DNA of 64,000 bases, taken from assembly GCA_016208115.1 (NCBI GenBank), contig JACQYR010000168.1, positions 1,440 through 65,439 on the forward strand, given 5' to 3'. Position 1 is the stretch's first letter. Every line of letters begins with the position of its first letter. The DNA is from Desulfarculus sp. Its GTDB lineage: Bacteria; Desulfobacterota; Desulfarculia; Desulfarculales; Desulfarculaceae. Made by a program: the position numbers and the translations under genes. This document shows, in pieces, positions 37,966 to 45,708 of the stretch. The notes beneath the pieces were generated by a model that saw nothing but the letters and a program-made list of their open reading frames with translations, did not search any database and was not told the origin of the DNA.

Positions 37966-38688
37966 CTAGTCAAACCGCAGGGCCACGCAGGCGGCCCCGG
38001 CCCTGGCCAGCTCCAGGTGCAAAAGATGTGGCACGATTTCCACGCAATCGCGCTCCGCCAGGAACCCCGCCTCCACCAGGCGCGCCAGGGCGCAGACCCG
38101 CTCGGAGCAGAACAGGTGCTCGGGATCGCCCAGGGTCTCCAGCCAGCCCTTGCGGCCGGTGATGGACCACAGGGCCAGGGCGGCGATGTCCCGGTAGGCG
38201 TAGGTCTCGAAGGCGTGGGGGCCGCACTCGCCCATCAGGGCGTTGCGCTGGTCCAGGGACCAGCCCAGGTCCCAGTGGTAGAGATCGCAGCCGCGATAGC
38301 CCTCCACGCGCTCCAGCGCGAACTTGGGACCCTGGGACCAGTAGTTGCCGCCGCCGGCGTAGATCATGGCGTGGCTGGCCACCACCTGGCCCGGCTCCAG
38401 GCCCAGGATGCGGGCCTGGTGGCGCCGAATGCGCCAGGCCACCGTGCCCCAGAGAGGATCGCTCAACCGCCAGGGCCGGTACACGGTGACCAACTGGGCG
38501 CGCCGCAGCTCCGGGTACCCGCTGGCCGCGTAGTCGGCCAGGCTCACCGCGCGGATGACCTGGACCGCCCCATTGGCCCCAGGAGCGCCGATCTCCGGCG
38601 CGAGGGCAACCACCCCCGCGTCAGGATCGCCGGGCGCGTCCTGGGCCGCCACGCCGCGCGTCAGGCCGATGTATTGGCCCTGGGCCAT
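37966..38688 (-). CDS. Permuted papain-like NlpC/P60 (YaeF/YiiX-type) amidase
   Basis: His motif ASHAMIYAG precedes YAYRDI and the Cys motif LFCSERV (circularly permuted order). Confidence 0.7.
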   Translation of the reverse strand: MAQGQYIGLTRGVAAQDAPGDPDAGVVALAPEIGAPGANGAVQVIRAVSLADYAASGYPELRRAQLVTVYRPWRLSDPLWGTVAWRIRRHQARILGLEPGQVVASHAMIYAGGGNYWSQGPKFALERVEGYRGCDLYHWDLGWSLDQRNALMGECGPHAFETYAYRDIAALALWSITGRKGWLETLGDPEHLFCSERVCALARLVEAGFLAERDCVEIVPHLLHLELARAGAACVALRFD

Positions 38689-38691
38689 CCC

Positions 38692-39465
38692 CTACTTGGC
38701 CCCCTCGGTGGTGGTGGTCGTGGTGGTGGCCGTGGGCTCGCTGACGGTGATGGTGCCGTTGCTGATGTTCCCGCCGCTGATCTGCACCGGGCTGCCGTCC
38801 TTGGTGGTGATGTTGTAGACCTTGTCACCCACATGGGCTCCCAAGGTGCTCACCAACTTGACGGCCATTTCAGCGCTGATGAAGTTCTGGGCCACCATCG
38901 CGGCCAGGGGCAGGCCGTTGATGAAGATACGCTCCCAGGCGGCCACGTAGGCCTTGATGTCCGTGCCGGAGTTGGCGTAGACCCTGATGTGCTTAACGCC
39001 GCCCAGGGTTATCGGCTGCCCGTCTTGGGCCGCCATCTCCCAAAGAGGCTTTTGCTCCTTCTTGGCCGCCACCTGCCCTTTGATGTAGGCGGTGGCGTCT
39101 GATATCTCCTCCACCCTGGTTTCCACCCGGCCATCGGTGTAGGTCGTGGTCGTGGTGATCTTGTTGTCGGCGTCGGCGCCGGGCAGCCGGCCCCCGCAAG
39201 CCGTCAAGCTCAGGCCCAGGACCAGCGCGATGCAGCCCGCCACGGCCCCCGCGCCATTGCCGGTGGTCAGCGGCCCGCTGGCCCGCCAGCGGCCCCAGGC
39301 GGCCCACAGCAGGCCCACCGCCTGGCCGGCCAGGGACACCCCCTGCACGGCGGCCTGGATGTCCTCGGGCGCCAAGGCGCGGCCGGCGACCTGCCCCACG
39401 GTGGACACGGCGGTGGCGATCAGGCCCAGGATGGTCTGGCTGCGAAACCACGGCTTGCCGTTCAC
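38692..39465 (-). CDS. Holin-like membrane domain fused to a lipobox-containing periplasmic domain
   Basis: KPWFRSQTILG...WAAWGRWRA two-helix holin-like module, then IALVLGLSLTA-C lipobox; follows the endolysin. Confidence 0.6.
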   Translation of the reverse strand: MNGKPWFRSQTILGLIATAVSTVGQVAGRALAPEDIQAAVQGVSLAGQAVGLLWAAWGRWRASGPLTTGNGAGAVAGCIALVLGLSLTACGGRLPGADADNKITTTTTYTDGRVETRVEEISDATAYIKGQVAAKKEQKPLWEMAAQDGQPITLGGVKHIRVYANSGTDIKAYVAAWERIFINGLPLAAMVAQNFISAEMAVKLVSTLGAHVGDKVYNITTKDGSPVQISGGNISNGTITVSEPTATTTTTTTEGAK

Positions 39466-39487
39466 GGGATACCTCCGTCGCTCGGGG

Positions 39488-39838
39488 TTAAGGCTTCCAG
39501 CCCTCGTGCACGATCATGGCGGCCATGACCTCGCAGAGGACCACGGGACCGCTGATTTTGTCCTCGGGCCGGACACCGGCCCGCTGGCACACGCGCTGGA
39601 CATAGGCCCCGGTGTCGTTTTCCGAGGCCGGCGCATAGCGCGCGATGATCTCGTGGATGCTCAGGTCGCGGTAGCTGGAGGACCGCAACAGACGCGCCAG
39701 CGCCCCAACTCCGAAGCCCCAGTCGGTGAACTTGGCGAACCCTTTCTCGCCGCAGCCCGCGTAGCCCGGGCAGGAGCGGGCGAACGCCCCGTCACGGATG
39801 TTGCCCGGGTTGTTGTTGCGGTAGCTCAGGCTAGCCAT
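39488..39838 (-). CDS. Probable endolysin (RNNNPGNI lysozyme-like family)
   Basis: RNNNPGNIR, FAKF, IIARYAPASENDTGAY, MIVHEG; GGAGGAA SD; Mu lys position. Confidence 0.75.
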   Translation of the reverse strand: MASLSYRNNNPGNIRDGAFARSCPGYAGCGEKGFAKFTDWGFGVGALARLLRSSSYRDLSIHEIIARYAPASENDTGAYVQRVCQRAGVRPEDKISGPVVLCEVMAAMIVHEGWKP

Positions 39839-40124
39839 CGTGTTCCTCCAGGGCCAGATCAATCACCCTCGCCAGCTCGGCCGGCGGCGGCAGTTGGCCC
39901 ACGTAGCGGACCAGCTCGCGGCCGTCGTCGCGCAGGATCAGCACCGGCAAGACCTGCTCGTCCGCGGCCTCCAGCCAGGCGGCCTCGCCCAGCCCCTCGG
40001 CCGTGGTCACGTCGTGCTCATGCACCGCCACCCCACGCGCATGCAGCCAGCCCTGCACGGGGCCGGCCTCGGCGCAGGCGTGTCAGCCGGGGCGGGTTAT
40101 GAGGTGCGCGTTGAGTTGGTGCAT
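39831..40124 (-). CDS. Thioredoxin/glutaredoxin-fold selenoprotein, UxxC motif (97 aa)
   Basis: GAGGGG SD, ATG 40124, in-frame TGA 40083-40085: MHQLNAHLITRPG-U-HACAEAGPVQGWL...DVTTAEGLGEAA...VLPVLILRDDGRELVRY; hairpin 3' of the UGA. Confidence 0.8.
40034..40082 (-). promoter_or_regulatory. Candidate SECIS of the prophage selenoprotein
   Basis: Upper stem GCCGGCCC/GGGCUGGC with loop CGUGCA 23 nt after the UGA; lower pairings CACGC/GCGUG and UGCG/UGCA. Confidence 0.65.
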
Positions 40125-40218
40125 GTCCCCTCGCTTGGGAGGGGGACGGCGGGCCCCTTGATGCGAATCAAGGGTGGCCGGCCCGCCGCCCCGGGTACAC
40201 TGCGTTGCGTTCAGGGTG

Positions 40219-40263
40219 AGAGTAGCGTGGGTGGAAAAATCGGGTGGCACGATATGGCACGAT
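40219..40263 (-). promoter_or_regulatory. Candidate activator-dependent late promoter
   Basis: Two 9-bp direct repeats (TGGCACGAT at 40245 and 40255 on the + strand) 20 nt upstream of a TACTCT -10-like hexamer; in the intergenic gap before the lysis operon. Confidence 0.5.
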
Positions 40264-40292
40264 TTGACATGGATTCTGCTGGGCCATTGATT

Positions 40293-40498
40293 TTATCTCT
40301 CGCTGGGTTGCCCCTGGAGGTATTTCGCCAAGCCAGTGTAGGTAACGCGAGCATAGCGACCTTTGGGTGCCAACGCTCCAAACCGGCCCTCGGCCTTGTA
40401 GCGTTTCGCTGTTCGTAGACTCACGCCCAACAACTTGGCCACCTCCTGGTCGCCGAAAGTCAACTTGCGCGGAATGAATGCTGGCAGGGCCATCGTCA
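40293..40498 (-). CDS. Small HTH_17/MerR-like DNA-binding protein (late activator position)
   Basis: QEVAKLLGVSLRTAKRYKAEGRF; last gene before the late operon. Confidence 0.65.
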
Positions 40499-40813
40499 TT
40501 TTTCGCGCCACTCCCGCTCAATCGCCGCCAGCTCTTCCGACGTCGGGAACACTATCTCCTTGCCCGCTTGTTTCTTCATGAACGAGAAAAGGCCGGCCCA
40601 GGCCATCTCCAGGGCAAGTCTGCGGCGGGCTGGATCTGGGAAATGACCCTTTGCCAAACGGACCCATACCCCAATGAATTTGCGCAGCTTTGCGACGGCC
40701 TCCTTGGCCATGCGGTCAGCCATCACCGGGCCGTGATCCGACAGATAAAGTTCATACTGGTCTTGGTAAAGAGCCTTAAGCCAAAGCTGAACGTCCTTGG
40801 GATTGACTTGCAT
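40496..40813 (-). CDS. Hypothetical protein
   Basis: MQVNPKDV start after GGAG; coupled to its neighbours. Confidence 0.55.
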   Translation of the reverse strand: MQVNPKDVQLWLKALYQDQYELYLSDHGPVMADRMAKEAVAKLRKFIGVWVRLAKGHFPDPARRRLALEMAWAGLFSFMKKQAGKEIVFPTSEELAAIEREWREK

Positions 40814-41307
40814 CACGCGCTCCTCCGCTGGCGGGAGGCCCGGGCCTTGAGGGCATCGATCATGTCGTAGGCCCCCTTGGGGGTGAGCCAACGCCAGTGC
40901 TGGCAGCGCACGTAGGCGGCCAGGGCCTGGTTGAGGTGGTCCTCTTCCTGGCCGCGCGGCAGGTCCAGCATGCGCACGATCTTTTCCAACGCCGCCACGC
41001 TGGCCAGGCCCTTGCGGTCGCCGCGCGCCTGGACCGCGCCGTAGAGGGCGCGCAGGCTGGCGCTAGCCCGGTAGCCGGCGTTGCGCGGCCGGGCCTGGCG
41101 GCCGGCCCGCTGGCCGGCGCGCAGTTGGTTGTAGTGCCGGGCCAGCTTGAGGTAATCACCGTAGGTCATGTCCCGGCAGGACTCGTGGCCGGTCACCTGG
41201 CGCTGGATGTCCTGGCGCACCTGGTCGTCCAGGCCCAATTCCTTGGGCCACACGTGCAGGTGGCCCAATTCCTGGCGGGTCAGGCGGCTGTCCAGGCGCC
41301 GGGGCAT
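40813..41307 (-). CDS. GemA/DUF1018-like regulatory protein
   Basis: LHVWPKELGLDD...VTGHESCRDMT; WLTPKGAYDMIDALKAR. Confidence 0.75.
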   Translation of the reverse strand: MPRRLDSRLTRQELGHLHVWPKELGLDDQVRQDIQRQVTGHESCRDMTYGDYLKLARHYNQLRAGQRAGRQARPRNAGYRASASLRALYGAVQARGDRKGLASVAALEKIVRMLDLPRGQEEDHLNQALAAYVRCQHWRWLTPKGAYDMIDALKARASRQRRSA

Positions 41308-42020
41308 CAGGCGGCCTCCGCCCTGGTGCCGGTCATGGCCCTGGTCACCGCCTCCTGGGCCTTGGCCAGGGCCTGCCGGGCTTCTTCCAGCACCGTGGCC
41401 CGCACGAACAGGCCCCCGAATTGCTCGGCCAGGTCGGATATCTCGCGGGCGTAGCGCTCGGGGTCGGACTGGTAGCGGGCCAGGGCCTGCTGAACCTGGC
41501 CCAGGGTGGCCGGGCCGGCGCCGGCGCCCAGGCGCTCGCCCAGGGCCTTGTGTATCTCCACCGGCGTCTGGCCGCCCAGGTCCAAGGTGAGCTGCACCAT
41601 CTCCTGGGCCAAAATCTCGGCCGCGCCCTGTAGGCAGCTCACCTTGCGCATGCCCGTGCGCACCCGCCGCAAATGCGGCCCCACCGAGGCCTCGATCTCG
41701 GCCCGGCTGCTGGCTAGGCGGTAGCCGCCCTTGACCCCCGGCAGGGGGGCTATGGGCATTTCGTGGTGCTCTATCAGGTGGTTGACCAGTTTGCGCAAAT
41801 AGCGCTTGGCCCGCTCGGCGTCCAGGGGCTTGCCGCCATACTCCAAGAGGCCCACGGCCTCGGCCAGTTCGTCGGCTGGCAGGTACTCGCCGGGATACTC
41901 CCGGCTGAAATCCCCCAGCACGGCCACCGCCCGGCGCTCCCAGGGGGTCAGGTCGGGAGCATGCACGAACTTGGCGGCCACGGTGTCATCACGGGTGATC
42001 CCCAGATCGGCGTCCCTCAT
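41307..42020 (-). CDS. Winged-HTH-containing hypothetical protein
   Basis: LPADELAEAVG...RYLRKLVNHLIEHHEMPI...GGYRLA. Confidence 0.6.
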   Translation of the reverse strand: MRDADLGITRDDTVAAKFVHAPDLTPWERRAVAVLGDFSREYPGEYLPADELAEAVGLLEYGGKPLDAERAKRYLRKLVNHLIEHHEMPIAPLPGVKGGYRLASSRAEIEASVGPHLRRVRTGMRKVSCLQGAAEILAQEMVQLTLDLGGQTPVEIHKALGERLGAGAGPATLGQVQQALARYQSDPERYAREISDLAEQFGGLFVRATVLEEARQALAKAQEAVTRAMTGTRAEAA

Positions 42021-42394
42021 GACTTACCTCCCAATTCCCGGCCCTCGCCAGGCGCCAGGTCAACCACCCCCAGCACGGCCCCGGCGTTGCGCCCCCCGTT
42101 GGTGCGCTCAAATACGCTGGGGGTGTCGGGCAGCCCCGCCAGCGCCTGGAGCAGGCGCTCCCGCCGGTCGGGGCCTGGCGCTATCCCCAGCACCGTGGCC
42201 AGGTCGTCGTGGCAGCCAGGATGCTGGGGCAACCCCAAGGCCAGCAGGCACGAGCCCGCCAGCGAGGCCGCCAGGGCCTGCAAGGCGGCCTTGCCCGCTA
42301 TCACGTCCGGCAGGGCGCGGGCCAGTTTGATGCCGGCGTAGATGTGCCCCTGAATGACGCCCCGGACATCGGCTATGGGGTCCATTTCGCTCAT
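42017..42394 (-). CDS. Hypothetical protein
   Basis: MSEMDPIADV start after GGAGG; overlapping-stop coupling. Confidence 0.55.
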   Translation of the reverse strand: MSEMDPIADVRGVIQGHIYAGIKLARALPDVIAGKAALQALAASLAGSCLLALGLPQHPGCHDDLATVLGIAPGPDRRERLLQALAGLPDTPSVFERTNGGRNAGAVLGVVDLAPGEGRELGGKS

Positions 42395-42606
42395 ACCGCC
42401 TCCCCGGCGCGCAGCCGCCGGACCGTCTCGGCATATTCCAACTGGCGCAGGATGGCCTTTTTCAGTTCCTTGCGCGCCTTGTCCCGTTGCCTGCGCATGT
42501 CCTCGACCGCCCCGGCCAAATCGGCGTTGGCGCCCTCCAGAAACACCACCCGCTCGTGCAGGTGCTCGTAGGCGGCGAGTAGCTCCTGGTAATCGCGTGG
42601 GCTCAC
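42391..42606 (-). CDS. Coiled-coil hypothetical protein
   Basis: GTG start overlapping the nuclease stop; heptad pattern. Confidence 0.55.
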   Translation of the reverse strand: MSPRDYQELLAAYEHLHERVVFLEGANADLAGAVEDMRRQRDKARKELKKAILRQLEYAETVRRLRAGEAV

Positions 42607-43133
42607 CTGCCCGTGCCCCTCTGGCGGCGGTGCGCCCAGGGCGCCCGCGCGCCGCGATCTCCCCACAGGCCAACGCCCCAAAACGAGGCCTCGGCTTGTA
42701 GGCGCAACAGGCGCGGCGTGCGGCAGTAGCGCTCGTCCACCCAGGCCAGACCGGCCGCCACCAGCGCCTCGGCCAGATCGCGGCCGTCGGCCAGGGTCAC
42801 GTCGGCCACCAGGCGCTGGTAGCTGCGGCCACGCACGCGGATCCGCACCGTCCGCCCCTCGGTCAGGGCGGCGGTGATCTGGCGGGCCTGCGGTCCGGTA
42901 GCCTGCTCTGGCCAGCGGCCCTTGACCGCCAGCTCGGGGGTGTCGGCGCAGTGCAGGCGCACCCGCGCCAGCTCGCCCCGGCGCGGGCCGGAACGCAGCC
43001 AGACGCCCAGGGTGTCGCCATCGTGCACGTTGGCCACCCGGGCCGACCAGGCCGGCGCGGGGCTGGCGCCCCAGGCCGGCGCGGCCAGGGCCAGGAAAGC
43101 GGCAGCCATGATTCCAGATAGCCGTTTCATCAT
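42603..43133 (-). CDS. Secreted thermonuclease (SNase family)
   Basis: Signal peptide; VHDGDTL, RVRLHCADTPE, YQRLVADV, LVAAGLAW. Confidence 0.85.
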   Translation of the reverse strand: MMKRLSGIMAAAFLALAAPAWGASPAPAWSARVANVHDGDTLGVWLRSGPRRGELARVRLHCADTPELAVKGRWPEQATGPQARQITAALTEGRTVRIRVRGRSYQRLVADVTLADGRDLAEALVAAGLAWVDERYCRTPRLLRLQAEASFWGVGLWGDRGARAPWAHRRQRGTGR

Positions 43134-43396
43134 TACCCCCCGCATTTGAGCCACCACCAAGCGCCCAACATCATCACCGTGTTGGCCAGGCCCACGCCGT
43201 TGCCTATCCGGTAGGCCCGGCCCACCCGCTCCAGGTGCATGGACACCTGGAGCAGGCTGAGCCCGGCCGCGAAGAGCACCAAGAACATCGCGCTGACGCC
43301 CTCGGCCCGGCCGGCGCGCAACATGTGGATCCACTGCCAGGCCCCGCACAGGGAGAGCAGCAGGTAGCCGCCGGCCGAAAAACCACGAGGGCTCAC
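43133..43396 (-). CDS. PQ-loop/SemiSWEET-like three-helix membrane protein
   Basis: 87 aa, three hydrophobic helices, LCGAWQWIHMLRAGRAEGVS pattern (WQ in place of PQ), Asn in helix 3. Confidence 0.55.
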   Translation of the reverse strand: MSPRGFSAGGYLLLSLCGAWQWIHMLRAGRAEGVSAMFLVLFAAGLSLLQVSMHLERVGRAYRIGNGVGLANTVMMLGAWWWLKCGG

Positions 43397-43602
43397 AGCG
43401 TCTCCCCCCGCGCCTTGATCTCCCGATACTCCTGGCTGGCGGCTTCTATCTCCCGCCTGGCCGTGGCCAGGGCCTGGCCCAGGGTGGTCCCTTCGCCGTA
43501 GCGGCCGATCAGGCGCTGCAGGTCCAGGCGGTCGCGTTTCAGCGGCGCCACCTGGATGGCCAACGCGGCGACCGCCGGGTTATGGAGCAGAAGATCATCC
43601 AT
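43393..43602 (-). CDS. Hypothetical protein
   Basis: MDDLLLHNP start overlapping the methylase stop. Confidence 0.55.
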   Translation of the reverse strand: MDDLLLHNPAVAALAIQVAPLKRDRLDLQRLIGRYGEGTTLGQALATARREIEAASQEYREIKARGETL

Positions 43603-44477
43603 CAGACCTTGCGCCTCCTGGCCTCCACGGCCCTGGGCGATATCCACGCGCACTCCACGCGCCTTTGCTTGGCCAGCACCGCGCCCCGGCCCTTGAGCCC
43701 GCTGGCCTTGGTGCGTCCCGCCGCGTGGCAAACCACGTCCCAGCGCCGCACCTGCCAGCCGGCCCGCTCCAGGGGCCGGTAGGCGGCGTGCTCGTAGCCG
43801 CTGAGCAGGGCCATGCCCTCGATGCCCAGCAGCAGCTCCACCAGCTCCTGGTGGTCCTCCAGGGTCATTTCGTGCCGGTAGCCGCCGGCACGGCGGGTCT
43901 CGGCCACGTAGGGCGGGTCCAGGTAGTACAGCGTTTCCGGCGAGTCGTAGCGCGGGATAAGCCGCCGAAAATCCTGGTGCTCCACCTGCACGGTCATGAT
44001 GCGCTCGTGCACCCGGCCCAGGCGGCCCATGTAGCTGAGCCAACTGGAGGACGTGGTGGCGATGCCCCGCGAGCTGGAGCCCGTGACCGAGCCCCAGGAG
44101 CGGCCAAACAGCCCGCCGAAGGACATGCCCGCCACCACCAGCCAGCGGTAGGCCCGCTCCACCGGGTCGGCGCAATCCTCCCAGGTGTCGCGGCAGTGCT
44201 GGTACTCCTCGCGGCTGTAGGGGGTCTGGCTGGCCAGCAAGAGCAGCCGGGCGGCCTGGTCCGGGTCACGCAGCACCCGGAACAGGCCGACCAGGCCACT
44301 GTCCAAATCGTTGTAGACCTCCAGGGGAGCGGGCTGCTTGGCCAGGAGCAAGGCCCCCGAGCCGCCGAACACCTCAACGTAGACACGGTGGGGCGGCAGC
44401 AGCTCCAAGAACTTGCCCGCCAGACCCTGTTTGCCCCCGAACCACTTGAACGGGGGCCGCAAACGATTCTCTTCCAT
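43602..44477 (-). CDS. DNA adenine methyltransferase (Dam/D12 class)
   Basis: PFKWFGGK, YVEVFGGSG, EVYNDLD, YLDPPY, LSGY. Confidence 0.92.
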   Translation of the reverse strand: MEENRLRPPFKWFGGKQGLAGKFLELLPPHRVYVEVFGGSGALLLAKQPAPLEVYNDLDSGLVGLFRVLRDPDQAARLLLLASQTPYSREEYQHCRDTWEDCADPVERAYRWLVVAGMSFGGLFGRSWGSVTGSSSRGIATTSSSWLSYMGRLGRVHERIMTVQVEHQDFRRLIPRYDSPETLYYLDPPYVAETRRAGGYRHEMTLEDHQELVELLLGIEGMALLSGYEHAAYRPLERAGWQVRRWDVVCHAAGRTKASGLKGRGAVLAKQRRVECAWISPRAVEARRRKV

Positions 44478-44626
44478 CCGACCTTCCTGTGTTATTTTTC
44501 CTCTTGGCCCTATTGCCTCGAGGGTTGGGTTAACCGCCTGGTCGGATGCCGCAATCATCCGGTCGCCGGGGGTGGCTGGTATCCGCCCCCGGCAACCCTC
44601 ACCTATTTGCGCGTGCGGCTGCACGC

Positions 44627-44842
44627 CTAGATCAGCTCCAACTCGTCGCGGCGAAACAATTTCGCCCCGTTGATGAACGTAACCCACCACCAGGAGCCCT
44701 CTTTGCCGCCGAGGCGCTTGCCGGGCACCCTGGGGCCTCGGCTGGGTTTGCCCAAGCGGCCCGTCCAGCCCTTTAGCTGCTTGTGATCGTTGGTGGGCTT
44801 GCTCACCATCACTCGGGCGCCCGTGACGAATTCGCCTGGCAT
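44627..44842 (-). CDS. Small SH3/KOW-like hypothetical protein
   Basis: FVTGARVMV...GWTGRL...WWVTF...FRRDELELI; GGAG SD. Confidence 0.5.
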   Translation of the reverse strand: MPGEFVTGARVMVSKPTNDHKQLKGWTGRLGKPSRGPRVPGKRLGGKEGSWWWVTFINGAKLFRRDELELI

Positions 44843-44926
44843 GATCTTTTCTCCCGTGGCCTGCCATCATCAGAGCGGGGTAGCCATCCCCCGCTGACGC
44901 CCGGCGCTGACCGGGCGTTTCGGCTC

Positions 44927-45187
44927 CTATGCCGCCTGGAGCAAGCGGTTGCGCACCCGGTCACAGAAAGCCACCAGGGCGTCCAGTTTCTCGGCCTGGT
45001 TTTTGGCCTTGGCCATGCCGGGCACCAGCCACTCCCCAAGCACTGCCCCAGGCTGCGCCAACTCGCTAAGGGCCTCGGCGAGTTGAAATTCATCCGCCTT
45101 GGCGATCGGCAAGGCACCACGCGGGCACTGCTCGGCGAAGTGGATTTGCCCGCCTCCCGCGAATGTGTAGGCTATGCGCTCGCTCAT
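44927..45187 (-). CDS. Conserved Mu-like early protein (often labelled host nuclease inhibitor)
   Basis: AYTFAGGGQIHF...PRGALPIA...LVPGM...DALVAF pattern; GGAGGTG SD. Confidence 0.55.
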   Translation of the reverse strand: MSERIAYTFAGGGQIHFAEQCPRGALPIAKADEFQLAEALSELAQPGAVLGEWLVPGMAKAKNQAEKLDALVAFCDRVRNRLLQAA

Positions 45188-45708
45188 GCCTTCACCTCCT
45201 CGCCCGCCGCCCAGGCGCGCATGTCCTGGGGCAGCCCCTTGCACTCCAGCCGCTGGGCCAGATAGAGGCCGAACAGCTCCTCCACGGCGCGCACCGCCGA
45301 CTCGATAAGGGCCAGGCGCTCCAGGGCCAGACCCTCCAGGCCTTCGCCGCCCTGGGCCGGGGCCACCAGTGGCAAGCGCAGGCCCTTGATGCCCAGGTGC
45401 GCCGCGTCCAGACTCAGCCAGTACTCCTCGCCGTCCAGGATCAGCCCCAGGCGCAGGCTCTCCACCAGCTTGCCGCGCTGCAAGGCCCGGCGGGCCTCGG
45501 CCAGGGAGGCCTCGCGGCCCTTCACGGTCACCCGGGTGCCCTCCTGGCCCTGGAGCGGCCCCAGCACCAGGTGGCCGCCCAGCAGCACCTCCACCTGGCG
45601 GCCGCCGGGCAGGTCCAAGTGGCCCAATTCCTCGCTGGCGTGCCACAGCCAGGTGAGGAACTCCTGGCCCAGAAAGAGCTTTTCGTTAACCAGCGCCAAG
45701 GTATCCAT
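45184..45708 (-). CDS. RdgC C-terminal-like protein (partner of the upstream gene)
   Basis: FLGQEFLTWLW...EARRALQRGKLV...LRLP. Confidence 0.65.
   Translation of the reverse strand: MDTLALVNEKLFLGQEFLTWLWHASEELGHLDLPGGRQVEVLLGGHLVLGPLQGQEGTRVTVKGREASLAEARRALQRGKLVESLRLGLILDGEEYWLSLDAAHLGIKGLRLPLVAPAQGGEGLEGLALERLALIESAVRAVEELFGLYLAQRLECKGLPQDMRAWAAGEEVKA

Noticed and set aside
40245-40270. Sigma-54 promoter (TGGCAC)
   Set aside because: No correctly spaced TTGC -12 box, and it points away from the late operon; better explained as direct repeats.
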